A stretch of DNA of 64,000 nt from Heteronotia binoei. Its lineage: Eukaryota. The stretch's first letter is position 1. Each line of letters starts with the position of its first letter. The notes under the pieces are model-generated. The model was not told where the DNA came from. It did not search any database and saw only the letters and a list, made by a program, of their open reading frames with translations. The translations under genes were made by a program, and so were the position numbers. The stretch covers positions 56,854,001 through 56,918,000 of the forward strand of contig NC_083239.1 in the NCBI RefSeq assembly GCF_032191835.1, given 5' to 3'. Below are positions 46,401 through 58,517 of the stretch, in pieces.

Positions 46401-49051
46401 GGCCAGGAAGAGGCCCCCCCCTCCCGCCCCGCCGAGGAGGCCCCCCCGCTCTCACTCGCCATGCCCCCCCCTGAGCTGGAGACCTCAAAGCCCTTGACCC
46501 CCTTCTCGCCGGCTGAGGGGTACCAGCCCGTTTCTGACTGGGGGGAGGAGATGGAGCTGAGCTCCCCCCGGACCGACTGCACCAAGAGCCTCCTGCCACC
46601 TGTGGCGCCCCCTCCTGGAGCCCCAGTGGAAGAGACGGGGGAGGAGGAGTGGCACAGCCCCCCGCCTGAGGGGGGGGCAGCCCCCGAGCCCGGAGAGCAA
46701 GGTGATTGGGGGGGTCTTAGTGGGAGGGGCCAGGGTGGGGGGGGCCTTGCTTGGCCCCGCCCTGAAGCTCTCCCTCTCTCCCCTTCAGCTCCCGCTCTGG
46801 CACCTGGCAGCGGCGGCATGGCAGAGGCCCCAGACGTCCAACGGGTGCGTTTCAGTTTGCTCTCCTGCCCCCCCCAGCTCCTGGGCAAGGACCTCCTGCT
46901 GTCTCCCCCCCCCCTTTGGGCTTCCTACCTTGGCTGCTGCTGTGGCCCCCCCTCCCCCCTCCTGGCCCTCCACCTCCCAGGGGGGCCTCCTTCAGATGCG
47001 ATGGGAGGGGAGGGTGCTCTTCAGAAGGCCCCCCCCAGGAGAAATGCGTTCGCGGTTCTCATTGGCTCTGCTTGCCCAAAAGGAACTGTGACCCACTGGG
47101 CATAAGATCTGCAGGGAATGTGGCTCTTGAAGAGGTTGAGCCCCCTTGGCTTAACCCCACCAGCGTCTTCCCTGTCCCCCTGGGCTCTGAGAGCCAGTTT
47201 GGTGCAGTGGTTAAGTGTGCAGACTCTTACATGGGTGAAACAGGTTTGATTTCCCACTCCTGCACTTGCAGCTGCTGGAATGGCCTCTCGCAAGAGTTGT
47301 CCTTGAAAGCGCAGCTTCTGGGAGAGCACTCTCAGCCCTACCCACCTCACACAGTGTCTGTTGTGGGAGAGGAAGGGAAAGGAGATTGTAGGCCGCTCTG
47401 AGACTATGTCCTTGAAAGGGCAGCTGCTGTGAGAGCCCTCTCAACCCCACCCGCCTCACAGGGTGTCTGTTGTGGGGGAGGAAGGGAAAGGAGATTGTGA
47501 GCCGCTCTGAGACTCTTCGGTGTGGAGGGCGGGATATAAATCCAATATCTTCATCTACCTCACAGGGGGTCTGTTGTGGGGGAGGAAGGGAAAGGAGATT
47601 GTGAGCCGCTCTGAGACTCTTCGGAGTGGAGGGCGGGATATAAATCCAATATCTTCATCTACCTCACTGGGGGTCTGTTGTGGGGGAGGAAGGGAAAGGA
47701 GATTGTGAGCCGCTCTGAGACTCTTCGGAGTGGAGGGCGGGATATAAATCCAATATCTTCATCTACCTCACAGGGGGTCTGTTGTGGGGGAGGAAGGGAA
47801 AGGAGATTGTGAGCCGCTCTGAGACTCTTCGGAGTGGAGGGCGGGATATAAATCCAATATCTTCATCTACCTCACAGGGGGTCTGTTGTGGGGGAGGAAG
47901 GGAAAGGAGATTGTGAGCCGCTCTGAGACTCTTCGGAGTGGAGGGCGGGATATAAATCCATTATCTTCAACTACCTCACAGGGTGTCTGTTGTGGGGGAG
48001 GAAGGGAAAGGAGATTGTGAGCCGCTCTGAGACTCTTCGGAGTGGAGGGCGGGATATAAATCCAATATCATCTTCTGAGGGAGGTGGGGGGGACAGAGAA
48101 AGAGAGAAACTCCCCTTTTGCAGCAGAAGGAAACAGCATCCACCAGACACCAAAGCTGGGCCTAGCAGAATAAACAGAGAAGTTGCTGAATTGTTTTATT
48201 TAACCCTTTTTATTTATTTATTTTATCCATGTTGGAAAATTTTTATTAGTTTTCCAGCAAGGTAGGGGGAACAGGGGAAAGGGAAATAGAAAGTTGTTTA
48301 TTTTATTTATTTATTTGGTTTGATTTCTCTCCCGCCCTCCCCGCCGAATCAGGCTCAGGGCGGCTCGGGCAAAAACTTGGCAGATCAATACAGGTGCAAA
48401 TTGATCCGACAAGGCTAGAGACACCCCCCCCCCCCCAGAACTTCTTTAACATTCATCAGAGTTTACCAAACATGTTATAATTACGATTCTGCAAGAGGGA
48501 GACCAATGCCAGTCTTGGGCAGATGCAGAGCGTTGAAGGGGAAGCCCCCGCCCCTCACCCTCTGGCTGGAGGCGGGTGGGGCTGGGAGGGTGAGGGGCGT
48601 GCACTGGGCTTTGTGGAGAGGAAATTTCTGGTCAGAAATAGATTGTCCTAATTTTGATGTGTGGTTGTCCTCTAAATGAAAGGGCCAGAGCCTCCACAGC
48701 TGCCCGGCAGAGGGGCAAACACTAAAGGGGGGGGGGGCTCTGCTGCGCTAGGTCCTCCAACCTGGGGCGGGCGGTGGCGTTCCTCTCTCCTGGCTGACCT
48801 CCGTGCAGCAGCAGCCCACTGAGAGGTGGTGCAGAAGGCAGATGTCGAGGAGCCCTTTCCTCCCTCTGCAGCTGGGCCCCTTGGTGGGGGGGAGGGGGGT
48901 TCTCGGCTTCCATAGGGAACTTGCTGGGGGTGGGGGAGTGCAGGGGCATGTCTACTCCGGGGGCCTTGGTTCAGCAGTCAGCACCTGCATTGTCATTTTT
49001 CTTTCTCTCCCCTCCTGCCTCCCCCCCCCCCAGGAGAAAGCCCAGGTCTGA
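43415..49051 (+). CDS. CCDC9: Coiled-coil domain-containing protein 9; exons 43415-43417 (ATG only), 43521-43619, 43709-43843, 43934-44188, 44270-44353, 44535-44711, 45053-45252, 45427-45473, 45743-45869, 46008-46101, 46287-46701, then tentative 46789-46844 and 49034-49051
   Basis: KSKEEKDAELDKRIEALRRKN, EWEERRRQNIEKMNEEMEKIAEYER, NPVRNFLDDPRR, DMTLSMTGRERAEYIRWKQERE, WRREWDAEK and QPVSDWGEEMEL match recalled human CCDC9. All phases are consistent. The last two exons rest on splice signals, phase and a downstream AATAAA only. Confidence 0.9.
47189..48075 (+). mobile_element. Squam3-like SINE followed by six tandem 104-bp copies of its 3' tail
   Basis: tRNA-like head gagagccagtttggtgcagtggttaag; CTCAC anchors at 47455, 47559, 47663, 47767, 47871 and 47975. 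Confidence 0.9.
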
Positions 49052-49554
49052 AGCCTCAGCGGTCAGTGGTGCACTGAGAACCTTCCTGCTGCCAGGAATG
49101 CTCCCCCCCATAACAGGAGGCTGACTGACCGTCCGTCGGAGGGCAGCAGGATCCAGCCCGTCTGTCTGCTTCCATCTTCTACAAGACTTTCACATCTCTT
49201 GCTGCAGCGGGAGGGGGGTTGTGGCTGCCCCCCTTCACCCCAACCGACATGGCCAAAGCTAAGGCTGTGGCTTGTGCTTCTCTCCTAGGTGGCCTCCAGA
49301 CCCTGTGGGGGGAAGGCCCCTCCCCTGAGCCAAGGGTGTGTCTCCTTTGCTTGTGCTGCAGAGCAGGTGGGGGTGGCTTGGCTCATTCCCTTTCAACCCT
49401 GCCCCCCCCCCAGTTTTATTCTCCTTCCTGCTCCTCTTGGAAGGGGTGGGTGTGGCTGCAGGAAGGGGGGGAGAGGCCGGGGCTTTCCTGACTTTTCTTT
49501 GCACCCTCTGCTTCTGTGGCTTCTCTCGGTGGTGTGCAAAAGAATCCTTGGTAT

Positions 49555-49560
49555 AATAAA
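49555..49560 (+). terminator. Probable CCDC9 polyadenylation signal AATAAA
   Basis: About 500 nt downstream of the tentative terminal stop. Confidence 0.55.
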
Positions 49561-49769
49561 GCCCTCTGCCTCCCTTTCTGTGGATTGGGAGGGGGGGAAG
49601 AGAATGAAGGGGACAGGCAGGTTCCCTGCCTACTTTTGAGGGGGGGGGGTCAGGGAAACAGCTGGACGTGACAAGTGCAGACACACGACGAGGGCAGGGA
49701 GTTGCAGCCTAGGATCAGTCCAGGGGTAGCACATCAACACCTCGTTTCTCGGGGCAAGGGGAACTGCAT

Positions 49770-50004
49770 TCAAGAGTACTAAAAGAGCTTGCGGGTGTAA
49801 TTTCTGAGAATTTTGGAGAACAGGTGAGGTGCTGGAAGACGAGGTGGGCAAATGTAGTCCCCATCTTCAAGAAGGGGGGAAAGGGGATTTCAGTAAGGCT
49901 TTTGATAAGGTCCCACATAATATTCTTGTTGACAAGTTAAGAAATGTAGTTTGACTCCTATGACTGTTAGGTGGATCTGTAACTGGTTGACAGATTGCAC
50001 CCAA
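49770..50004 (+). mobile_element. Degenerate CR1 RT fragment
   Basis: Relic motifs RVLKELA, ANVVPIFKKG, KAFDKVPHNILVDKL across frameshifts. Confidence 0.65.
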
Positions 50005-50505
50005 AGAGCCAGTTTAGTGTAGTGGTGAAGTGCGCAGACTCTTATCTGGGAGAACCAGGTTTGATTCCCCACTCCTCCACTTGAACCTGCTGGAATGGCC
50101 TTGGGTCAGCCAGAGCTCTCTTATCTGGGAGAACCAGGTTTGATTCCCCACTCCTCCACTTGCACCTGCTGGAATGGCCTTGGGTCAGCCAGAGCTCTCT
50201 TCTCTGGGAGAACCGGGTTTGATTCCCCACTCCTCCACTTGCAGCTGCTGGAATGGCCTCGGGTCAACCATAGCTCTTTTATCTGGGAGAACCGGGTTTG
50301 ATTCCCCACTCCTGCACTTGCAGCTGCTGGAATGGCCTTGGGTCAGCCATAGCTCTTTTATCTGGGAGAACTGGTGTGATTCCCCACTCCTCCACTTGCA
50401 CCTGCTGGAATGGCCTCGGGTCAGCCAGAGTTCTCTTATCTGGGAGAACCAGGTTTGATTCCCCACTCCTCCACTTGCAGCTGCTGGAATGGCCTCGGGT
50501 CAGCC
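50005..50505 (+). repeat. SINE head followed by six tandem 79-bp SINE-internal units
   Basis: Head agagccagtttagtgtagtggtgaag; unit starts near 50041, 50120, 50199, 50278, 50357 and 50435. Confidence 0.9.
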
Positions 50506-50809
50506 TTTATTTCGCCTAACTGATTTTGTCGACTTACCTGTATGTATTTTCATTTCTCTGTTGTACATTGCCCAGAGCCTGGCACCAGCTAGGATGGGAC
50601 AATTCATTAAGTTGAATAAATAATAATAATAAATAATACCCCTCCCCTATTCCAGAACCTCTGACTCTTTTACTCTGTGATAAGAATCCGGAGATCCCTA
50701 GCAATTGCAAAATCTGCCTCAGTCCTTTTAGCCTCTGCAAAGAAAGAAAGAAAGAGAGAGAGAGAAACGTCTTGTGCTGCTCAAGATCCAGGAATCAGTG
50801 AACTTCTAG

Positions 50810-51422
50810 CAGGGCTGCCAAACTCATTTGTTGTGAGGGCTGGATCTGACACAAAGGAGACTTGTCAGGCCGGCCCACGAGTATAATGAAATGTAATGGC
50901 AGGTAGTGGAGATATAAGCCTTATAAAGGATAGAAACACAAATATTTTTTTAAATTAAAACTTAAAATAAAGCATGCTTAAAAGAATAGCACTCTTGCAA
51001 TATTTTTTCACAATGCGATAACTGACCCGTCTTCCTTGGAATGGTTGCGTCAGCATCTGAAGACTGCCTGTGCTGTACCAGTCTTGAGTAGGCTGTTCAG
51101 GTGTTGTTTGGGCGTTTCTCTAAGTTGCAAAGCTACGTTTGATTTAATGGCATTCATTACAGAAATCTCATGGTCAGTGCTTTGAGCTTAAGACATGGGA
51201 AAACAAAATGGCTGGGCATTGTGAGCTTTCGTACATAAGTTGTTTCATGTGTTGGTCAGCCAGTGGAGAAAACAGGCTTTGCTCTGTAACTCCTGCACAA
51301 TTGAGCAAGCCTGGCAAAGCAAGCTGTAATGCACAAAGAAGCGAGAGAGAGAAGGAAGCAAATGACAGTGAGTTGTTTGCCGGCCTGATGGGGGCCCTTT
51401 GGGGTCACTTTTGACACCCCTG
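50810..51422. mobile_element. hAT MITE, third family member
   Basis: TIRs CAGGGCTGCCAAAC / TTTTGACACCCCTG; both termini align with the 5793-6383 copy in reverse; TSD not clean. Confidence 0.7.
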
Positions 51423-51504
51423 TTCTAAGGGTATAAAAGGAAAGTGTCCAGATCACATGACATGATGGTATTGCTTTACTCTGCTCTTGTTAGACCTCCC
51501 CTCG

Positions 51505-53098
51505 ATTCAGTTCTGGGCACCACAATTTAAGAAGCATATAGACAAGCTGGAATGTGTCCAGAGGAGGGCAACAAAGATGGTGAGGAGGCCTCTGAGGAAA
51601 GGCTGAAGGAGCTGGGCATGTCTAGCCTGGAGAGGAGGCAGCTGAGAGGTGATCCAATCACCATCTTCAAGGACTTGAAGGGCTGTCCTAGAGAGGATAG
51701 TGCAGGCAGCCACAAGCACAGCCAGCTTCAAGAGGGGATTGGATAAAAATATGGAGCAGAGGTCCATCAGTGGCTATTAGCCACAGCATATTATTGGAAC
51801 TGGCTGGGGCAGTGATGTTCTGTATTCTTGGTGCTTGGGAGGGGGGGGGGGCAAGGTGGAAGGGCTTCTAGACCCACTTGTGAACCTCCTGATGGCACCT
51901 GGGTTTTGTTTTGTTTTCTTTTTTTTTTTTATTTTTATTTTTTTTTTTTTAAGTTTTAAAGTTTTGTTACTAAAAATCAACTACAAACATAACAAAATGC
52001 TAACACACTAATAACATGAAACATATAACATAAAAAACAACACAATACACAACACAATATACATACTACTCCCTACCACATCATCCCCTACCAACTACCA
52101 ACCACCCACACTGGAGAGGGATAGGGGGGTTAAACATAAAAGCATTACACAGTTCAATGCTTCATCTATACATTATCCTGATATACTCTGTTTTTATATG
52201 TCTTATATCATATAACATATGTCATATATCATATATCAAAACCTATCATATATCATAACCTCTGTTTTTAACCCAGTCATATACAGGGTCCCATTCCTCC
52301 CGACATTTCTGCACATTACCACCTCTTAATCGGGTGGTCATCAAATCTGCTTCCGCCGTTTCAAAAAGTTTAGATATAAATTCTTCTCTGTTAGGAGTTC
52401 TGTCCTCCTTCCAGTACTTAGCATATAAGATTCTGGCAATTGTAACTATGTACAACACTAATTTCAACTTGGTCGCTGGTAAATTTTGTCTGCAAATGTT
52501 TATGAGATACAGTTCCGGAACATGCTTTACTTGTATTTTCAGAATTTTTTGAATCCAGATATTGACTTGTGTCCAATATTTCCTGGCCTTTTTACAATGC
52601 CACCATATATGGAACAGAGAACCTTTGACTTCGGTACATTTCCAACATTTATTGGAGTAAGAGGGATATATTTTTGCCAATCTGTCTGGAGTGAGATACC
52701 ATCTATAAACCATTTTATACACATTTTCTTTGAGGTCTGCTGGTTTTATTAACTTCATATTCTGCTTCCATAGCTTCTCCCACTCTTCCAGATCTATATT
52801 GTAACCAAAGTCTTTCAACCATCTAATCCAGGCTTCTTTCACCACTTCATCCTGCATCTTGGCTTGGAGCAGCCATTCATATACCTTGGCAATTAATTTT
52901 TGTTTAGACTCCAAAATCAAATCTAGATCAGAGTCGGAATTCCCAAAACCTATTTCTTTATCTTTTCGAAATCTCGATCTCACTTGACATTGTAGCCACC
53001 AAGATAGCTTTTGTTTTGTTTTCTGGCCCCTGTGTGACCCAGAGTGTTGGACTGGATGGACCATTGGCCTGATTCAACATGACTTCTCTTATGTTCTT
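51505..53098 (+). mobile_element. Old CR1 3' fragment split by an L1 insertion
   Basis: QFWAPQFKKHIDKLECVQRRATKMV relic; the 3'UTR resumes at 53025 and ends tctcttatgttcttag. Confidence 0.8.
51920..53008 (-). mobile_element. 5'-truncated L1 LINE (ORF2 C-terminus with CCHC knuckle, 3'UTR, poly(A))
   Basis: Open frame to 52246 with CWKCTEVKGSLFHIWWHC; T-rich tail 51920-51960; perfect 16-bp TSD TTTTGTTTTGTTTTCT (51904-51919, 53009-53024). Confidence 0.9.
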
Positions 53099-53888
53099 AG
53101 TTGCTTTCTGTGGCCCCAGAAGGTCGGACCAGACAGAACCAACAGGTGGAAATTGTCAAGACTTTTTGACTGAACAGTGAGCCAGACTTTCTGATGATGA
53201 GAGCAGTTCCTCAGTGGAAGAGGCTTCCTTGGGAGGTGGTGGGAACAGGCTCAGGGCCACCTGGCAGCAATGCTGATCCTGGGAACTTTGGCAGAAGAGG
53301 GGGGGGGAGGGAGGGCAGGAAGGGTTGCAGCTGTGCTTGGTCCTCGGGCCCTTCCTGACCCACCCACCCGTTTCTCTCCAGGCTAGCTTGGCCAGGCATC
53401 CTGGAGGGGTTGCTGGGCGGTCTTCTGCAGTGGAGCAGGGTATGTTTGAATGCCCTGCATTGTGCAGGGGGTTGGACCAGATGAGGCGGGAAGTCCCTTC
53501 CAAGTCTCTGATTCTGTGGAGCTGTGTCCAGAAGGGGTGTAAATTGTGCTTCTGGTCCCTCTGGGGCGGGAAGAAGGCTCTCACCCACCCCGCCCCCGGA
53601 GGAAGGTTGTGGAGGAGGGACCAGGGGCTGGTAGCCAGAGGCCTCCTCCAGCTAGGCGCAGAGACCCTCACCCTGGGACTCCCTTCTCCCGGCGGGAGGC
53701 AAGCTCGGGAAGAGCGCCAGGGCCTCTCTGCCGCGGTGTCCTCCCTTAGGAGACAAGGATGCCCGCCGGGCTGCAGGGCCCCTGGGTGGGGTGGGGGGGT
53801 CTCATCCATCCCGCAGGGCTGCACGGAGGACGCGGGCTCTGCAGCCAGCTCCGGCAGCGCCCTATTTGGGAGGGGACGGGCTGGATGA

Positions 53889-54281
<393 letters not shown>

Positions 54282-54954
54282 CGCCTGGGCCCTGCGTTCG
54301 AATCCTGCCCGGCCCGAAGCAGTCTGACGGCGCTGCCGGAATCCTCAATAAACGGCCGGGCCCGCGCCAATGGCTCCTCTGCCGCCGCCTTGTGTTCCTT
54401 GCGCGCCGGGATGCGGGGGGCTGGCGGGCCTCGGCGTGGGCCAGGAAAGGGCGCTGCGGCCTTCTGCGCCTGGCCTTGACAGCGACGAGCCCTTTTCTCT
54501 TCCGCGGGTGGGCAGCTGCCGCCCCCCGGGCCCTGCGCGATCCAGCTGAGCGGCGGGGGCGGGGCCTCGGCTGGGGGCGGGGCGGGCGGAGAGCTGTCCC
54601 AGCGGCACAGAAGGCGAAGGCGCTCCTGGGGAGGGCACTAGCCCCCCGCCGCCTCCCCCCTTCCGGAGAGAGCCCAGCGGGGGCCTGGGCGGAGGGCAGG
54701 GGAGGGGAGGGGTCCTGGGCGGAGGGAGCGCTCTGCAAGCCCCCGAAGGGCAGCCGCTGCCAGGAGCACAGGTGAGGCGGGGAGGCACCGTGCCCCCTTC
54801 CTACCGGCAGCGTCGGGGAGAGGAGGGCAGCGCCCCCTCGGGAGGAACCCGCCCCTCCCGCGCCCTGCTTCGGACACCCGGAGGGAGGCAGGGAAATGCT
54901 GCTGGAGCCAGCCAGCCAGGGGAAGGGCGCCTTCGGTGCAGCCAGAAGAGGGGG

Positions 54955-56602
54955 GATGGCCACAAGGACACGCAGCTTCAACAGGGCATGGAGGAGGCCA
55001 CCAGCCCAGCTCACCCGAGGGGAACTGCCGCCTTCAGAGGCACTACAGTCCTGAAGCTCAGAGCCAGGAGGCAACATGAGGCCTCGGCCTCTCTGCCCTG
55101 TTGTTGGCGCTCCAGAGGAACTGGCTGGCCACTGTGTGAGACAGGAGGCTGGACCTGATGGACCCTCTCTGGTCTGATGCAGCAGGGCTCTTCTGAGGTT
55201 CTTCTCAGGGGAAGGCCTCGGCCTCTGTGCCCTGTTGCAGGTCCTCCAGAGGAACTGGCTGGCCACTGTGTGAGACAGAAGGCTGGACTAGATGGACGCT
55301 CCCTGGTCTGACCCAGCAGGGCTCTTCTGATGTTCTTCTCAGGGGAAGGCCTCGGCCTCTCTGCCCTGTTGTTGGCCCTCCAGAGAAACTGGGTGGCCCC
55401 TGTGTGAGGCAGGAGGCTGGACTAGATGGACCCTCCCTGGTCTGACCCAGCAGGGCTCTTCTGGTGTTCTTTTCAGGGGAAGGCCTCTCTGCCCTGTTGT
55501 TGTCCCTCCAGAGGAACTGGTCGGCCACTGTGTGAGACAGGAGGCTGGATTAGATGGACCCTCCCTGGTCTGACCCAGCAGGGCTCTTCTGATGTTCTTC
55601 TCAGGGGAAGGCCTCGGCCTCTCTGCCCTGTTGTTGGCCCTCCAGAGGAACTGGTTGGCCTCCATGTGAGACAGGAGGCTGGACTAGATGGACCCTGAAT
55701 GGGCTTATCCAGCAGGGCTCTTCTGAGGTTCTTCTCAGGGGAAGGCCTCAGCCTCTCTGCCCTGTTGTTGGCCCTCCAGAGGAACTGGGTGGCCACTGTG
55801 TGAGACAGGAGGCTGGACTAGATGGACGCTCCCTGGTCTGACCCAGCAGGGCTCTTCTGATGTTCTTCTCAGGGGAAGGCCTCGGCCTCTCTGCCCTGTT
55901 GGTGGCCCTCCAGAGGAACTGGCTGGCCACTGTGTGAGACAGGAGGCTGGACTAGATGGACCCTCCCTGGTCTCACTAAGCAGGGCTCTTCTGGTGTTCT
56001 TTTCAGGGGAAGGCCTCTCTGCCCTGTTGTTGGCCCTCCAGAGGAACTGGTCGGCCCCTGTGTGAGACAGGAGGCTGGATTAGATGGACCCTCCCTGGTC
56101 TGACCCAGCAGGGCTCTTCTGATGTTCTTCTCAGGGGAAGGCCTCGGCCTCTCTGCCCTGTTGTTGGCCCTCCAGAGGAACTGGCTGGCCACTGTGTGAG
56201 ACAGGAGGCTGGATTAGATGGACCCTCCCTGGTCTGACCCAGCAGGGCTCTTCTGATGTTCTTCTCAGGGGAAGGCCTCGGCCTCTCTGCCCTGTTGTTG
56301 GCCCTCCAGAGGAACTGGCTGGCCACTGTGTGAGACAGGAGGCTGGATTAGATGGACCCTCCCTGGTCTGACCCAGCAGGGCTCTTCTGATGTTCTTCTC
56401 AGGGGAAGGCCTCGGCCTCTCTGCCCTGTTGTTAGCCTTCCAGAGGAACTGGTCGGCCCCTGTGTGAGACAGGAGGCTGGATTAGATGGACCCTCCCTGG
56501 TCTGATCCAGCAGGGCTCTTCTGATGTTCTTCTCAGGGGAAGGCCTCGGCCTCTCTGCCCTGTTGTTAGCCTTCTAGAGGAACTGGTCGGCCACTGTGTG
56601 AG
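54955..56602 (+). repeat. CR1 3' fragment extended by about 12 tandem 134-bp copies of its terminus
   Basis: Unique CR1 3'UTR at 54955-55075, then units spaced 134/128 bp ending cagcagggctcttctgatgttctt. A 128-bp variant unit recurs 530 bp apart (about 55461 and 55991). Confidence 0.92.
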
Positions 56603-57840
56603 CAGGTCCATAGGTCCTGGGGGTCCTGGGGGTTCAGCCCCACCAATCAAACCCTTGCCTGCTTTCTGGCCCCTGCAATCAGTCCCCGCAGGTGGGTGGG
56701 TGGGGGCCCTCTCCGCCCTCAGTGGAGGGTGAGGCTGGGACTCTGTCTTCTGCTCCAGAACTCTCTCTTCCCTCTCCCTTTGCCCAGCCATGTCCCCCCC
56801 CCCCCTTCTTCCCCAGCCAGGGCGGGTTTGTGAGCATGGCCCCCTCCCCATGCAGAGGCATGCTGGCTCACTGCCCTTTGCAAAACACAGATGAAAACCA
56901 AACCGAGTCGCTGAGGTTTTGCAGAAAAGCCTCCCCTCAGTTCCAAATGAACCAGAGTTGCCGCGCATCTTACAATGGCCTCGCTTGGTATTAGAGACGA
57001 GCCCCTTGAAAGATGAACAGAACTTGGGTCGAGGCTGGAGAGCGGGCTCGGCATCCTTATGGCTTCCTCACGAGCAGGCGTCGGGGCACCGGGGGCGACG
57101 GGCTTCTGGGGGGTGCAGCCCCTGCCGGCTCCCCCCACAATTGGCAACCGGGCTCTGGGTGTGAGGCAGGAGGCGGCCGGAGGAGAGGGACCCCCTTCCG
57201 TGCTCTGGCCCAGCAGCCGGGGCTCTTCCCACGCGGACGGGGCGGGGGGACTGGAGGCTGCCCAGCGCAGCGAGGCAAACCAGGGGAGGAGGCTCCACGA
57301 ACTCTCGGCAGGGGAAGGAAACGGGCCGCGGAGGAGGCAATTGCGACACTGCGGGGGGGGGGGGGGCGGCCCAAGGGACGCCCAGAGGACACTCCCCGGG
57401 ACCCCAGCGCTTGCAGGAGTCGGGGAGGGGCTGAGGGGGCTGTAGGATCCCGGCTGGCAGAGGGATGCCCAGTAGGATGGGGGAGGGGTCGCCCTTCTGC
57501 CCCCTCCGGGAACTACCACCCCCCCCGCCTCCCCCGCCCATGGCCCCCAGGTGGAGAGCGGTCCTGGGCCAAGGACGCCAGTTCAGGGCTGAGGAGGCTG
57601 CGGGCAGGGCAGGGCGGGGCGAGGGTGGTGGTGGGGGGGCTCTGTTGGCAGCTGGCCCCTCCACTGGGGAGCAGGTCCCGGCGTCTCCCCCCCCCCCCCG
57701 CCTCCCGACACAGCTGGGCAGGACCCGCCGGCAGCCCAAGAAGAGCAGGCGCCCCCTGCGGGAACCCGGAGGGCGAGCGAGCGGCGAGGGGGGGCATCCG
57801 GGGTAGGTTCGGGGAGTTTCCTCTCCCCCCCCCTCGAGGG

Positions 57841-57911
57841 TATAAAAGCCCCGCGTTGGCGGCGGGGCGGGCCAGAACGAGGCGGTGTCCAGCGGCGTCT
57901 TGCTCCCCGGG
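57841..57911 (+). promoter_or_regulatory. TATA box plus short non-coding first exon of an unidentified transcript
   Basis: GGGTATAAAAGCC (TATA at 57841), GC box, YR initiator about 31 nt downstream, donor GG|GTGAGT at 57912, and a polypyrimidine-CAG acceptor at 57983, all in a CpG island. Confidence 0.55.
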
Positions 57912-58478
57912 GTGAGTGGCGGGGTGGGGGGAGGCTGTTGCCCCCGGGGGGCTCCGACTCCCTCTCCTGTTGTTGCCCCCCAGCCGGGAGCCTCCTGGGG
58001 CGGGAAACTGGAGGCCCGCTTGACCCCAAAAGCGCTTCCAAGGGGCGCCGCCGCCGCCGCTGGGGGGGGGGGGGAGACGGGAGTGGGTGGGCTGGGGAGG
58101 GAGGACGGCAGCGGCCACGTGGGAGGGCCCGGCTCTCTCTGCCCACCTGCCCGGCCGCGGAGGAGGGGATGCGGGCTGCCTGTCGCCCGCCTCGCTGCCC
58201 CCCACGGACGACGGTTCCCTGCCCAAAGTAGGAGGCGCGCCCCGGGCGGGAGAGACTGAGTGAGGGCTCCCTCCTCCCGGAATGCCCCGGAGCCACGGCG
58301 GCCCCCTCTCCCTGGGCCCCGGGGGTGGCGGCAGGGCTGGGGGGAGGTGCCTGGGGGGTTCAGGCCCAGCAGCAGCCGGGGCGGAGGGAGGGGGCTGGGG
58401 AGCAGGCTTCTCCTTGCCGAGCTGGGGGCGTTCCAGTTGTGCGCTCCTGCATCACTTGGTTTGCTCTGGGGCCCTCCG

Positions 58479-58517
58479 ACCGTCCGTCCGTCCGTCCGTC
58501 CGTCGGACCGTCCGTCC
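58479..58517. repeat. (CCGT)n tetranucleotide repeat
   Basis: ccgaccgtccgtccgtccgtccgtccgtcggaccgtccgtcc. Confidence 0.85.

Noticed and set aside
46845-46877. Additional CCDC9 intron ending at the CAG at 46877
   Set aside because: Only 33 nt, too short for a spliceosomal intron.
48809-48830. Alternative CCDC9 exon after ctgac...ccgtgcag
   Set aside because: A plausible acceptor, but there is no homology or clear donor to support it.
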